This document shows, piece after piece, positions 1 to 8,942 of a stretch of 32,000 nt of DNA. Under the pieces are notes generated by a model. The model worked only from the letters and a program-made list of their open reading frames with translations. It searched no databases and was not told the origin of the DNA. Each line of letters opens with the position of its first letter. The first letter of the stretch is position 1. The DNA is taken from contig NC_006138.1 in assembly GCF_000025945.1 (NCBI RefSeq), forward strand, positions 960,001 through 992,000, in the 5' to 3' direction. The position numbers and the translations under genes are program-made. Source of the DNA: Desulfotalea psychrophila LSv54. GTDB taxonomy: Bacteria; Desulfobacterota; Desulfobulbia; Desulfobulbales; Desulfocapsaceae.

Positions 1-319
1 CAGCCTCGCTCTGCAGTTGATCTAACATTCCCTGCGAGTAGTCAATGGCGGTAACTCTTTGAACCTTCTTGGCAATGGGCAGGGCCAGGGTTCCAGAGCC
101 CGCTCCTATGTCGAGTACCGTCATTCCTGTTTCCAGGGGAAGATGGGAGAGGAAGAGAGAGCTGTAGTTGCTCTCTTTAGCGCTTTTAGAAAAAGATGGT
201 GCTTTTTTGTCCCAGTCACGTGCTTTTTTGCTTTTCCATGCCTTTTCCTTGCAGGCGTTGGCATGGAGTAACTTCCAGTCAATATCCTGGTAACAGCTGG
301 GAGAGTTTTTCTTTGTCAT
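1..319 (-). CDS. Class I SAM-dependent methyltransferase, N-terminal part (3' end runs off the window)
   Basis: Not in the ORF track. Reverse complement from ATG at 319 is open to the window edge: MTKKNSPSCYQDIDWKLLHANACKEKAWKSKKARDWDKKAPSFSKSAKESNYSSLFLSHLPLETGMTVLDIGAGSGTLALPIAKKVQRVTAIDYSQGMLDQLQSEA. VLDIGAGSGTLALPIA is SAM-binding motif I and AIDYSQGML is the following acidic motif. Confidence 0.85.
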   Translation of the reverse strand, partial: MTKKNSPSCYQDIDWKLLHANACKEKAWKSKKARDWDKKAPSFSKSAKESNYSSLFLSHLPLETGMTVLDIGAGSGTLALPIAKKVQRVTAIDYSQGMLDQLQSEA

Positions 320-463
320 AAAAAAAAGATTAGTTGAAAGTATGCGCAGTTAAGAACAGGTCTATTTTGTTTTTACCTGAGAAAAAAACGGTTTAGGTCC
401 CTGCAAAAATATCACAGCTAAAGTTCTTTAGCAAGAATAGGTCTCTTCTACAAGTTAAAATGT

Positions 464-493
464 TTGACACTAGCCCCTATTTGTGTTTAATAT
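464..493 (+). promoter_or_regulatory. Putative sigma70-type promoter for the rpmH operon
   Basis: TTGACA (464-469), 18-nt spacer, TAATAT (488-493), about 165 nt upstream of rpmH. Confidence 0.5.
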
Positions 494-658
494 TCCCACT
501 TTTCAAAAATGAAGAATTGTTGGGAATAGGCGATTTCCTAAGCAATGACCTGTACTGCTTGCTTTAGGCTTGCAGTTTTGTTTGTTGCGTGGGAAACTGA
601 AGTACGCTTTTTTCTGAGAAATAGCCTGTATTCTGTAAAATAATAAGAGGAAGTCGAA

Positions 659-796
659 ATGAGTAAAAGAACTTTTCAGCCAAGTAACATCAAGCGTAGT
701 CGTACCCATGGTTTTCGTGCGCGTATGAGCACCCGTGCCGGTCGTGCAATTCTTAACGCTCGCAGAGCTAAAGGACGTAAGAGACTTTCTGCATAA
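659..796 (+). CDS. rpmH: 50S ribosomal protein L34
   Basis: Translation [45 protein letters not shown] is classic L34. An AGAGGAAG Shine-Dalgarno-like stretch lies upstream. Missing from the ORF track because of its length. Confidence 0.98.
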   Translation: MSKRTFQPSNIKRSRTHGFRARMSTRAGRAILNARRAKGRKRLSA

Positions 797-797
797 T

Positions 798-1160
798 TTG
801 GAAAGGTATCGGCTTCCAAAGACTGCCTTTGTTCGTAAAGGGTGGGAGTATGATGCGGTATATCGTGGAGGACGTCGCCTGCATGGCGTTGGTTTCACCA
901 TTATTTACCTGCTGAACTCGACGGAGAATAATAGGTTAGGGATAAGCGTTCACCGTAAGCTTCGGGGAGCCGTTAAGCGCAATCGGATTAAGAGAATAAT
1001 TCGGGAGTGTTTTAGGTTACATCGTGATATCTTTCCTCAAAAAGCAGATATAGTTTTTGCTGTTCGTCCTGGGTTTGCTCTCTCTTCACCCGAACAGATT
1101 CGACAGGCAGTTGGGTCTCTTTGTGGTACTCCCTGTGGTGTATGCAATGAAAAAGCCTAA
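798..1160 (+). CDS. rnpA: Ribonuclease P protein component
   Basis: Part of ORF 735..1160. [26 protein letters not shown] and [29 protein letters not shown] are RnpA motifs. The likely start is TTG at 798, just after the rpmH stop, although upstream in-frame starts exist. Confidence 0.93.
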   Translation: MERYRLPKTAFVRKGWEYDAVYRGGRRLHGVGFTIIYLLNSTENNRLGISVHRKLRGAVKRNRIKRIIRECFRLHRDIFPQKADIVFAVRPGFALSSPEQIRQAVGSLCGTPCGVCNEKA

Positions 1161-1383
1161 TTTTGCACAGTTACCCCGATTATTTATATTAGGGCTTGTC
1201 AAAGTCTACCAATACTGCATTTCTCCACTTTTTCCCCCAACGTGTCGTTTCACGCCCTGTTGTTCAACATATATGATTCAAGCAGTTGAAAAACATGGTG
1301 TGATACGAGGTGTTGCACTTGGCCTTTGGCGTATACTCCGCTGTCATCCATTTTCTAAGGGCGGCTATGACCCTGTTAAATGA
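1147..1383 (+). CDS. yidD: Membrane protein insertion efficiency factor YidD
   Basis: [77 protein letters not shown] has the YidD signatures; position between rnpA and yidC is typical. Start revised from 1057 to 1147. Confidence 0.95.
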   Translation: MKKPNFAQLPRLFILGLVKVYQYCISPLFPPTCRFTPCCSTYMIQAVEKHGVIRGVALGLWRILRCHPFSKGGYDPVK

Positions 1384-1441
1384 GCCGACTTAAACTAACA
1401 CAATCGAATTCTGCGTATTCACTGCGTAAGAGAACCTAACT

Positions 1442-3103
1442 ATGGAAACCAAAAGAGCCCTTCTTGCGATTGTTATCTCGTTTGCCATTCTATTTGGCTA
1501 TCAGTATTTCTTTCCTGGTCTTGATCAGCCAGTCCAAACTACTTCAGAAACTCAGACCACTGTAAATGGTACTTCTGCAAAACAGGCAGGAGCTATACAA
1601 GAAATTACTGCTCCAGTTATTCCCGTTGTCGCCTCCGCAAAATACGATCGTGTTCCACGTGATATCGTTGTTGATACAGATCTCTATACCGCAACAATTA
1701 GTGAAGCCGGCGGTGCTCTGAAAAGCTTTGTCCTGAAAGAGCAAAAAGAGACCAATGCTGAAGATTCTCCAGGTATGCAACTGGTTAACAATAGCAAGAC
1801 GGATGGCTATCCTTTGACGTTCTCCTGGGGTGGTGCCGCTCCTTCTAACCTGCTCTATACCAGCCAGGATAGCGAGGTACGTTTTGGTAGCAACGGTAAG
1901 GCCCGCCTTATTATGACTGCCAAATCATCTACTGGACTTGTTATTGAAAGGGTTTATACCTTTGATAAAAAGACCTATCTCTTTGATCTCGATGTTCGTG
2001 TTGTTAATCAGTCGGGTCAGGCCCTGCAGGGATCTGCCCAGCTCCATCAGGTAAGTGTTCCCTATGAGTCAACCGAAGATAATCCTGCCGCTCGCTTTCT
2101 CTTTATGGGCCCTGTTGTCTATGCAGATGGTGAGCTTACAGAGATAGACCCTAAAGACCTCGAGGATGGTCCTCAGTCTTTTATGGGTGATATCCAGTGG
2201 CTTGGTTATGAGAGCCGCTATTTCATGTCAATGATTGTTCCCTATGGCCTTGATGGTCAAACCTTCACCACTTCCGGTGGTGCTGATCTGACCAAATCCT
2301 TCATTGCCGGCGGTTTGGATACCTTGGCAGCAGGGGCTGAAAAAGAGTATAAATACCACGTTCTCTATGGACCGAAAAAAGTAGAGATGCTTAAGAGTGC
2401 AGGCTATGATCTTGATAAGGCCGTGAACTTTGGCTGGTTTGATATCATTGCCAAACCCACTCTCTGGTTGCTCAACTTCTTTCATAGCTTTACCCATAAC
2501 TACGGTATCGCAATTATCCTTGTAACCATCATGTTCAAGGGCATTTTCTGGCCAATTACCCAAAAGGGTATGAAGTCCATGAAAAACATGCAAAAATTGC
2601 AACCTAAGATGGCTGCTCTTAAGGAGAAGCATAAGGACGATCCAACCAGGATGAACAAAGAGGTGATGAGTCTCTATAAGGCGTATAAGGTGAATCCTTT
2701 GGGCGGTTGTTTACCCATGGTCCTGCAGATTCCTGTCTTCTTTGCCCTCTATAAGGTACTCCTGCTCTCCATCGAGCTTCGCCATGCCCCTTTTATGTTC
2801 TGGATCACCGACCTCTCTGCTCCTGATCGTCTCTGGATTGGTTTTAACCTGCCATACCTTGGCGGTTTGCCGGTGTTGACCCTGTTGATGGGTGCCTCCA
2901 TGTTTCTTCAGCAGAAGTTTAGTCCGACAACTGCCGATCCGACCCAGGCAAAGATTATGATGTTTCTCCCTGTTGTTTTTACCTTCATGTTCTTGAACTT
3001 CGCCTCGGGCCTTGTTCTCTACTGGTTTGTGAATAATCTGTTATCTATCCTGCAACAGGTTCTCATTAATCGGGATGTGAAGCATAAAACCGCTACTGCC
3101 TAA
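1442..3103 (+). CDS. yidC: Membrane protein insertase YidC (Oxa1 family)
   Basis: METKRALLAIVISFAILFGYQYFF N-terminus, periplasmic domain, and Oxa1-type C-terminus (YGIAIILVTIMFKGIFWPITQKGMKSMKNMQKLQPKMAALKEKHKDD; GGCLPMVLQIPVFFALYKVL). Confidence 0.98.
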   Translation: METKRALLAIVISFAILFGYQYFFPGLDQPVQTTSETQTTVNGTSAKQAGAIQEITAPVIPVVASAKYDRVPRDIVVDTDLYTATISEAGGALKSFVLKEQKETNAEDSPGMQLVNNSKTDGYPLTFSWGGAAPSNLLYTSQDSEVRFGSNGKARLIMTAKSSTGLVIERVYTFDKKTYLFDLDVRVVNQSGQALQGSAQLHQVSVPYESTEDNPAARFLFMGPVVYADGELTEIDPKDLEDGPQSFMGDIQWLGYESRYFMSMIVPYGLDGQTFTTSGGADLTKSFIAGGLDTLAAGAEKEYKYHVLYGPKKVEMLKSAGYDLDKAVNFGWFDIIAKPTLWLLNFFHSFTHNYGIAIILVTIMFKGIFWPITQKGMKSMKNMQKLQPKMAALKEKHKDDPTRMNKEVMSLYKAYKVNPLGGCLPMVLQIPVFFALYKVLLLSIELRHAPFMFWITDLSAPDRLWIGFNLPYLGGLPVLTLLMGASMFLQQKFSPTTADPTQAKIMMFLPVVFTFMFLNFASGLVLYWFVNNLLSILQQVLINRDVKHKTATA

Positions 3104-3160
3104 AGATATTATATGAGAGGCGGAGGAAGAGTCCTCTGCCTTTTTGAATGGAGATAGTTC

Positions 3161-4027
3161 ATGGCTTTTGGAAAAAAAGAAGAGCATGATTTTTATGGTA
3201 AAGAAGTCACCGATGCAATCAAAAAGGCCTGTGAGACCTTTGCTGTTCCCCAAGAGGAATTGGATATAGAGATTGTCTTTACCGGTTCCGCTGGTATCTT
3301 TGGTCTTATCCGCAAGAAGGCGCATATTCGTGCTTTTGTTAAGCAGGCAGAAAAAGAAACAGCCCCCGTTGTAGAAGAAGAGGTGCTTGTTAAATCTGCC
3401 CCTCCTGCCCGGAAAGAGGTTGTTGCATCGGCTCTTGCTCCGAATAAAGAAGAGGCCTACGATAGGAATAATCTTCCCACCGAAGTCAGCGATGAGAGTA
3501 TTGCCCTGATAGAGCAGGAAACGCTTAAGGTCATTGAGTTGATGAAGTTTACTGCCGTGGTTAAGGCCACTGCCGAGGCGGGAACCGTTCGTTGTGTGAT
3601 AACTACTGATTTCGAGGATGAGCTGACCGGACAGGATGGTAAAACACTTGATAGTCTTCAGTATATTATTCGTAAGATCGTGGTGAAGAGGGTTGAGGAC
3701 AGGCTGCGAATTAATCTTGATGTTAATGATTTTCGTACCCGTCGCCTTGAAGAGCTGAAACAGCGGGCTGTAGAGCTTGCATCCAAGGTCAAAGAAGATG
3801 GTAAGACCCAGGTGATCACCTCTCTGAATCCCTCTGAACGCCGAGCTATTCATATGATATTGCAGGAAGATAAGGAGATTCGCAGTCGCTCCATTGGCGA
3901 TGGCCTCTTTAAGAAAATTCTTATCTATAAGCCAGGTAATGGCAATCGTGGCGGGCGTAAGCGTTATAGCCCCGGTCGTAAGGATCGTACTGGCAAGAGT
4001 GAGACGCCGGTAAGCGACGAATCCTAA
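3161..4027 (+). CDS. jag: Jag/KhpB-family RNA-binding protein (Jag_N, KH, R3H)
   Basis: N-terminal Jag_N-like segment (GSAGIFGLIRKKAHIRAFV), KH segment (LTGQDGKTLDSLQYIIRKIV), R3H segment (LNPSERRAIHMILQEDKEIRSRSIGDG); sits between yidC and mnmE. Confidence 0.92.
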   Translation: MAFGKKEEHDFYGKEVTDAIKKACETFAVPQEELDIEIVFTGSAGIFGLIRKKAHIRAFVKQAEKETAPVVEEEVLVKSAPPARKEVVASALAPNKEEAYDRNNLPTEVSDESIALIEQETLKVIELMKFTAVVKATAEAGTVRCVITTDFEDELTGQDGKTLDSLQYIIRKIVVKRVEDRLRINLDVNDFRTRRLEELKQRAVELASKVKEDGKTQVITSLNPSERRAIHMILQEDKEIRSRSIGDGLFKKILIYKPGNGNRGGRKRYSPGRKDRTGKSETPVSDES

Positions 4028-4177
4028 TATTTTTTAGTAGGTTGTTTTTTTAATGGGCGCAGGCATATCGTTGATGTGTTCTGCGCTCAGTTGTTTGTAC
4101 TGGAGCACTCTAAGGGGAAATTTGAAATGGCTGTATTTCCCAGGGTGGTTCGAAAAATTATAGAGATCAATAAGACC

Positions 4178-5581
4178 ATGGCTATATCCTACGCTGATAA
4201 TGAAACTATTGCTGCTATTTCAACTCCTATGGGTACCGGAGGCATTGGGGTCATCCGCATAAGCGGCAAAGAGTCTCTGACCATTCTCCAGACAATTTTT
4301 CGTCCCCATAATGACTCCTGCAGTTACCGTAGTCATCAAATGTATTATGGGCAGATCGTGGCAGCCGATGGCCATCAGTTGGATGAGGTTTTGGTCGTCT
4401 ATATGCGGGCTCCCAAGACATATACCTGTGAAGACATTGTCGAGATACACTGTCATGGTAATTTTCTTGTCCTGCAAAATGTTCTGGAGCTGGTTATCGA
4501 GAAGGGGGCAAGTCTGGCTGAGCCCGGTGAGTTTACCAAGAGGGCCTTTTTTAATGGCCGGATTGATCTGACCAAGGCCGAGGCTGTTATTGATGTTCTC
4601 TCAGCCAAGACCCGTAAGGGAGTAGATGTGGCTCAGGAGCAGCTGGCAGGTTCCCTCTATCGTCGTATCGAGCCGATCCGTAACGCCCTGGTCCATATGC
4701 GTGCCCTCTTTGAGGTGGCTATTGATTTCCCTGATCAATCCCATGACATTGTTGACTATGAGCAGATAGATCTGCAGCTGAAGACAGAGGTGATTGCCCC
4801 TGTTAAGGAACTCTTGGCTGGGGTGGATAGGGGCCGGATATATCGTCAGGGGATTTCCATGGTTATCGCCGGTCGACCCAATGTCGGCAAGTCCAGTCTG
4901 CTTAATGCGGTTCTCCAAGAGGAGCGGGCCCTGGTTACCTCCATTGCCGGCACCACCAGAGACTCCATTGAAGAGATGGTGGATATCCTCGGGATGCCTG
5001 TTCGTATTGTCGATACGGCAGGAATACGCCGGCAGGCGGGAGAGGTGGAGGCCCTGGGCATTCAGCGGGCCAAGGATCTGATTAATAGTGCCGACCTCGT
5101 CCTCTTCATGGTCGATGGTTCTCGGCAGCTTGATCAGTCTGATCTTGAACTCTATGAAGACATTGCTCATAAGCCGATGATTGCCGTGATCAATAAGCTG
5201 GATCTTCTGGCCGAGGATGGCACTGCAGCTGCGGCTCTGCTTGACTTTGTCCCTGCATCTGTCCCCCGCCTGGCCATTTCAGCGAGGGAAGGTGAGGGGC
5301 TAGAGGCACTTAAGCAGGCAATTTTTACCGTGGTAACTGGTAGTGATACCCCTTGGGACGAAGAGGGCTGTGCCCCTAACCTGCGTCATAAAAAATCACT
5401 GGAGGCAACTCTCATTGCTGCCGAGCGCATGGTCGACGATCTGGCTCAGGGCATGGGGAGTTCCGACCTCCTCTCCATTGATATGCAGGAGTGTCTTGAC
5501 CAGCTGGGCGACATCATCGGCATCACCACCACCGACGATGTCTTTGACGTCATCTTCTCTGAATTCTGTCTTGGCAAATAA
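4178..5581 (+). CDS. mnmE: tRNA uridine-5-carboxymethylaminomethyl(34) synthesis GTPase MnmE
   Basis: DNETIAAISTPMGTGGIGVIRISG, G-domain GRPNVGKSSLLNA, DTAGIR, NKLD, and C-terminal DDVFDVIFSEFCLGK. The track start at 4076 extends beyond the family N-terminus; ATG at 4178 is preferred. Confidence 0.96.
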   Translation: MAISYADNETIAAISTPMGTGGIGVIRISGKESLTILQTIFRPHNDSCSYRSHQMYYGQIVAADGHQLDEVLVVYMRAPKTYTCEDIVEIHCHGNFLVLQNVLELVIEKGASLAEPGEFTKRAFFNGRIDLTKAEAVIDVLSAKTRKGVDVAQEQLAGSLYRRIEPIRNALVHMRALFEVAIDFPDQSHDIVDYEQIDLQLKTEVIAPVKELLAGVDRGRIYRQGISMVIAGRPNVGKSSLLNAVLQEERALVTSIAGTTRDSIEEMVDILGMPVRIVDTAGIRRQAGEVEALGIQRAKDLINSADLVLFMVDGSRQLDQSDLELYEDIAHKPMIAVINKLDLLAEDGTAAAALLDFVPASVPRLAISAREGEGLEALKQAIFTVVTGSDTPWDEEGCAPNLRHKKSLEATLIAAERMVDDLAQGMGSSDLLSIDMQECLDQLGDIIGITTTDDVFDVIFSEFCLGK

Positions 5582-5586
5582 GGCAG

Positions 5587-5906
5587 CTATCAGAGAACTA
5601 CAGCTGTCAGCTATCAGCTGTCAGAAAAAAGATGCTAGATACGAGATACGAGAAAAAACTTAACAGCAAAAAGAGCTTAAAAATAAGGTTATTACCGCAC
5701 TCGCCATTTCGCTCCGCTTTACTGCTGTTTTTATCTCTTTCTAGAATCTCGTATCCGTCCTTGCAGTTGCTTTTTCTTATAGCTGTCAGCTCCCAACTGA
5801 TAGCTTTTTCCCTCTGTGTTCTCCCCTTCCTCTGTGGTTAACTGTTTTTTCTGATAGCTGATAGCTGATAGCTGATAGCTGATAGCTGACAGCTGACAGC
5901 TGACAG
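5587..5906. repeat. Composite intergenic element with nested inverted heptanucleotide repeats
   Basis: Left: CTATCAG 5587-5593 and CTGTCAG-CTATCAG-CTGTCAG 5604-5624. Right: (CTGATAG)x5 5851-5885 plus (CTGACAG)x3 5886-5906, the reverse-complement family. Inside: GATGCTA-GATACGA-GATACGA 5631-5651 opposite CTAGAATCTCGTATCC around 5740-5757. Confidence 0.85.
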
Positions 5907-5913
5907 CTTTCTC

Positions 5914-6570
5914 CTACTCCATCATTTCCACTATTTCCGTCATTAAAGCATCTGCCCCCGCCCCAATCTGGTCAACCCGGGCATCGAGCATATAGCAGGG
6001 GGTGCTTACCACCAGGTTCTTTCTATCTATTACGATCTGACCATGATCCGTTGTTTGGGTCGAGGCTCCCATCTTCTCGGCATTTTGGTGCGAGATAGGA
6101 TCTTGGCCGAGGGTTATCTCTACTCCGGAGATGAGTCTGGCCAGAAGCATGGGGGCAATGCAGAGGGCACCGATGGGCTTTTTTGCCTGGTGCATGTCGA
6201 TAATTGCCTTTTTCACCTCGGGGTTAACCTGACAGTTCACTCCTGCACTAAAATAGTCCGAGAGGTTTTTGGCGGCGCCAAAGCCTCCGGGGATGATGAG
6301 GGCGTCGTAGTCTTCCGCCTTGAACTGGTTAAGATCACTGATCTTGCCCCGGGCAATGCGGGCAGACTCCACCAATACATTTCTGCTCTCGCCCGTCTCC
6401 TCACCATTCAGATGATTGATCACATGGAGCTGATCTATATCGGGGGCAAAACAGTGGTAGTCACAGCCATGGCTGTGAATGGCCCAGAGGCTCATGGTTG
6501 CCTCGTGGATCTCAGAGCCATCAAGGTGACCACATCCAGAGAGAATTACTGCAATTTTGTGTTTTTTCAT
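5914..6570 (-). CDS. elbB: ElbB-like class I glutamine-amidotransferase/DJ-1-family protein
   Basis: KIAVILSGCGHLDGSEIHEA, YDALIIPGGFGAAKNLSDY, KKPIGALCIAPMLLA are characteristic of the ElbB family. Confidence 0.93.
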   Translation of the reverse strand: MKKHKIAVILSGCGHLDGSEIHEATMSLWAIHSHGCDYHCFAPDIDQLHVINHLNGEETGESRNVLVESARIARGKISDLNQFKAEDYDALIIPGGFGAAKNLSDYFSAGVNCQVNPEVKKAIIDMHQAKKPIGALCIAPMLLARLISGVEITLGQDPISHQNAEKMGASTQTTDHGQIVIDRKNLVVSTPCYMLDARVDQIGAGADALMTEIVEMME

Positions 6571-6656
6571 TATCGTTCCTCTTGTTGATTAAGTGGGGAA
6601 GTGAGACTTTTTAGCTCTTGCTCGTTATCTTTCTCGTATTCGGTAATGACTCCAAC

Positions 6657-7160
6657 TTATTGATAGTGTTTTATGTTCAGATAATGCCCGATGACTTTGT
6701 CATGCAGCTCCACCGATTTTGAGAACGACAGCGACTTCCGTCCCAGCCGTGCCAGGTGCTGCCTCAGATTCAGGTTATGCCGCTCAATTCGCTGCGTATA
6801 TCGCTTGCTGATTACGTGCAGCTTTCCCTTCAGGCGGGATTCATACAGCGGCCAGCCATCCGTCATCCATATCACCACGTCAAAGGGTGACAGCAGGCTC
6901 ATAAGACGCCCCAGCGTCGCCATAGTGCGTTCACCGAATACGTGCGCAACAACCGTCTTCCGGAGACTGTCATACGCGTAAAACAGCCAGCGCTGGCGCG
7001 ATTTAGCCCCGACATAGCCCCACTGTTCGTCCATTTCCGCGCAGACGATGACGTCACTGCCCGGCTGTATGCGCGAGGTTACCGACTGCGGCCTGAGTTT
7101 TTTAAGTGACGTAAAATCGTGTTGAGGCCAACGCCCATAATGCGGGCTGTTGCCCGGCAT
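6657..7160 (-). CDS. insB: IS1 transposase InsB frame
   Basis: [36 protein letters not shown]... matches IS1 InsB; functionally expressed as InsAB' by frameshifting from insA. Confidence 0.96.
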
Positions 7161-7354
7161 CCAACGCCATTCATGGCCATATCAATGATTTTCTGGTGCG
7201 TACCGGGTTGAGAAGCGGTGTAAGTGAACTGCAGTTGCCATGTTTTACGGCAGTGAGAGCAGAGATAGCGCTGATGTCCGGCGGTGCTTTTGCCGTTACG
7301 CACCACCCCGTCAGTAGCTGAACAGGAGGGACAGCTGATAGAAACAGAAGCCAC
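7079..7354 (-). CDS. insA: IS1 InsA protein
   Basis: [51 protein letters not shown]... matches IS1 InsA. Confidence 0.96.
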
Positions 7355-7500
7355 TGGAGCACCTCAAAAACACCATCATACACTAAATCAGTAAGTTGGC
7401 AGCATCACCCTCGTATTCTTCTATAATAGAGAGAAATGAACCGTCCCACAAATGATATGCTCTCTCTTTTAAATTTTTATGAGTCCCTAAGGAAAATGCC

Positions 7501-8688
7501 ATGAACCTTCTTGATATCCTTCACTCAGAACTCAACCCTGTCCCGGTCAGTCAGGAAATTGTACCTTTAATAGAGGCCGGTGGCCGGGTTGTCTCTGAAG
7601 ATATTCGGGCCCGGATTCCCCTGCCTAGCTATGATCAGTCCAGTCGGGATGGTTTTGCTCTTGCCTCTCTTTCGGAAATGGGCGCTAGCTATCGACTCCT
7701 GGAGTTTGAGGCCTTTGCTGGCAATAGCGAGACGATTTCGCTTCGGGCCGGAGAGGCCTGTGCGGTGATGACCGGTGGCCTGATACCTCTTGGTGCCTCC
7801 CGAGTGGTGCCTAAGGAGCACTGTGCTCCCATGGCTGATACTCTTCAGCTTGATCTGGCGGCCATGGGCCTGCCTCCCTTTATCCAGAGGGTGGGGGAGG
7901 AGGTCGGCCTGCATGAGATAATTATTAAGAGGGGAGAACTTGTCCAGGCCGAAGATCTGGGGCTCTTGGCCAGCACCGGTAATGGGCAGATTCCTGTTTA
8001 CAGGCGACCAAGGGTGGGCTTTTTTGCCACCGGCACCGAATTGCTTGAGTTGGGGCAGGCACCTGTCGCTGGTATGAAGTTTGCCTCAAATCATTATATG
8101 CTTGCCGAACTCTGCAGTCTCTATGGCAGTGAGGGGCACAATATGGGAAGGGTGTCCGACAGGGGGGAGGTACTTACCAAGCTCTTCTCGGAGATAGTCG
8201 AGGGGGATCTTGATCTGGTCATAAGTACCGGCGGTATGGGGCCCGGTCGTTATGATCTGCTTGAGGAGAGCTTTGTTGCAGCCGGTGGCAGACTGGTGGT
8301 GAACTCTCTGCCCATGCTGCCCGGTAGATCAACCTTGGTCGGCTGGCTTGGTACGACCCTCTTCTATGGCCTCCCCGGTACCCCTCGGGCAATTCGTCCC
8401 CTCTTCACCGAGCTCATCTCCCGTTCCCTGCTTGCCATGCAGGGGCTGCTGGAAAATGCTCCCGTGCAGATAGAGGCTCGTCTTATTCGGGACTGTCGCC
8501 TGCGCAGGGCAGATGTTCCCAGTCTACAGGGAGGCAAGCTCTCCTATCAAGATGGGCGGGTCTGGGTTGAGAGGGTGGCTAGGACGGGTTCTCCCGATTG
8601 TTTTATGTTGGTGCCTGCTGGTTCTGATTGTCTTGAGGCTAATAGCTCTGTTCGGGTCCACCTGACAAGGTCACCATTTTCTCGTTAG
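7501..8688 (+). CDS. moeA: MoeA-family molybdopterin molybdenumtransferase (divergent)
   Basis: PLPSYDQSSRDGFAL, AVMTGGLIPLGAS, GLLASTGNGQIPVYRRPRVGFFATGTELLELG, DLVISTGGMGPGRYD, TLFYGLPGTPRAI align in order with MoeA motifs. Confidence 0.88.
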   Translation: MNLLDILHSELNPVPVSQEIVPLIEAGGRVVSEDIRARIPLPSYDQSSRDGFALASLSEMGASYRLLEFEAFAGNSETISLRAGEACAVMTGGLIPLGASRVVPKEHCAPMADTLQLDLAAMGLPPFIQRVGEEVGLHEIIIKRGELVQAEDLGLLASTGNGQIPVYRRPRVGFFATGTELLELGQAPVAGMKFASNHYMLAELCSLYGSEGHNMGRVSDRGEVLTKLFSEIVEGDLDLVISTGGMGPGRYDLLEESFVAAGGRLVVNSLPMLPGRSTLVGWLGTTLFYGLPGTPRAIRPLFTELISRSLLAMQGLLENAPVQIEARLIRDCRLRRADVPSLQGGKLSYQDGRVWVERVARTGSPDCFMLVPAGSDCLEANSSVRVHLTRSPFSR

Positions 8689-8837
8689 AAGATAATGGAG
8701 GTCGTAAAATCAAGTAAGCGTAGGTAGTTGCCCTTTTTTTGAGCATTGGGTAGAATCAGGTCATGCCCTTCAGTCATGGGCAGGAAGCTGGACTAAGGAT
8801 CTAAAAAAAGAGAATTTATCTTTTAGGGCGTGACATT

Positions 8838-8861
8838 CTATCCTGAATCTGGGCAGGATAG
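8838..8861. other. Perfect 8-bp-stem inverted repeat in the leader of the M55 aminopeptidase gene
   Basis: CTATCCTG (8838-8845) AATCTGGG CAGGATAG (8854-8861). A smaller 5-bp hairpin TGCCC/GGGCA lies at 8764-8782. Confidence 0.4.
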
Positions 8862-8942
8862 TAGGTGCAGAGGCCTTGCCGGTCATGGTCGATGAAGAGC
8901 TGATTTTTTTACAGATTTCAGGGGAGATGAGGATTTAACAAG

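Larger units (their letters stand above)
6642..7409 (-). mobile_element. IS1 insertion sequence, complete, 768 bp
   Basis: Ends GGTAATGACTCCAACTTATTGATAG (6642 onward) and the reverse complement of GGTGATGCTGCCAACTTACTGAT (ending 7409) are the IS1 termini. Length is exactly 768 bp. Flanked by 9-bp direct repeats CTCGTATTC at 6633-6641 and 7410-7418. Confidence 0.97.

Noticed and set aside
464-658. Replication origin near rpmH
   Set aside because: rpmH-mnmE clusters can flank dnaA/oriC, but no dnaA/dnaN gene or cluster of clear DnaA boxes (TTATNCACA) is visible here.
3041-3853. 270-aa minus-strand ORF opposite yidC/jag
   Set aside because: Antisense to the strongly supported jag gene; composition is typical of a shadow ORF.
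4601-5170. 189-aa minus-strand ORF opposite mnmE
   Set aside because: Shadow ORF of a conserved GTPase domain.
5632-5841. Track ORF MLDTRYEKKLNSKKSLKIRLLPHSPFRS...
   Set aside because: Lies wholly inside the composite intergenic repeat and has no protein-family signal.
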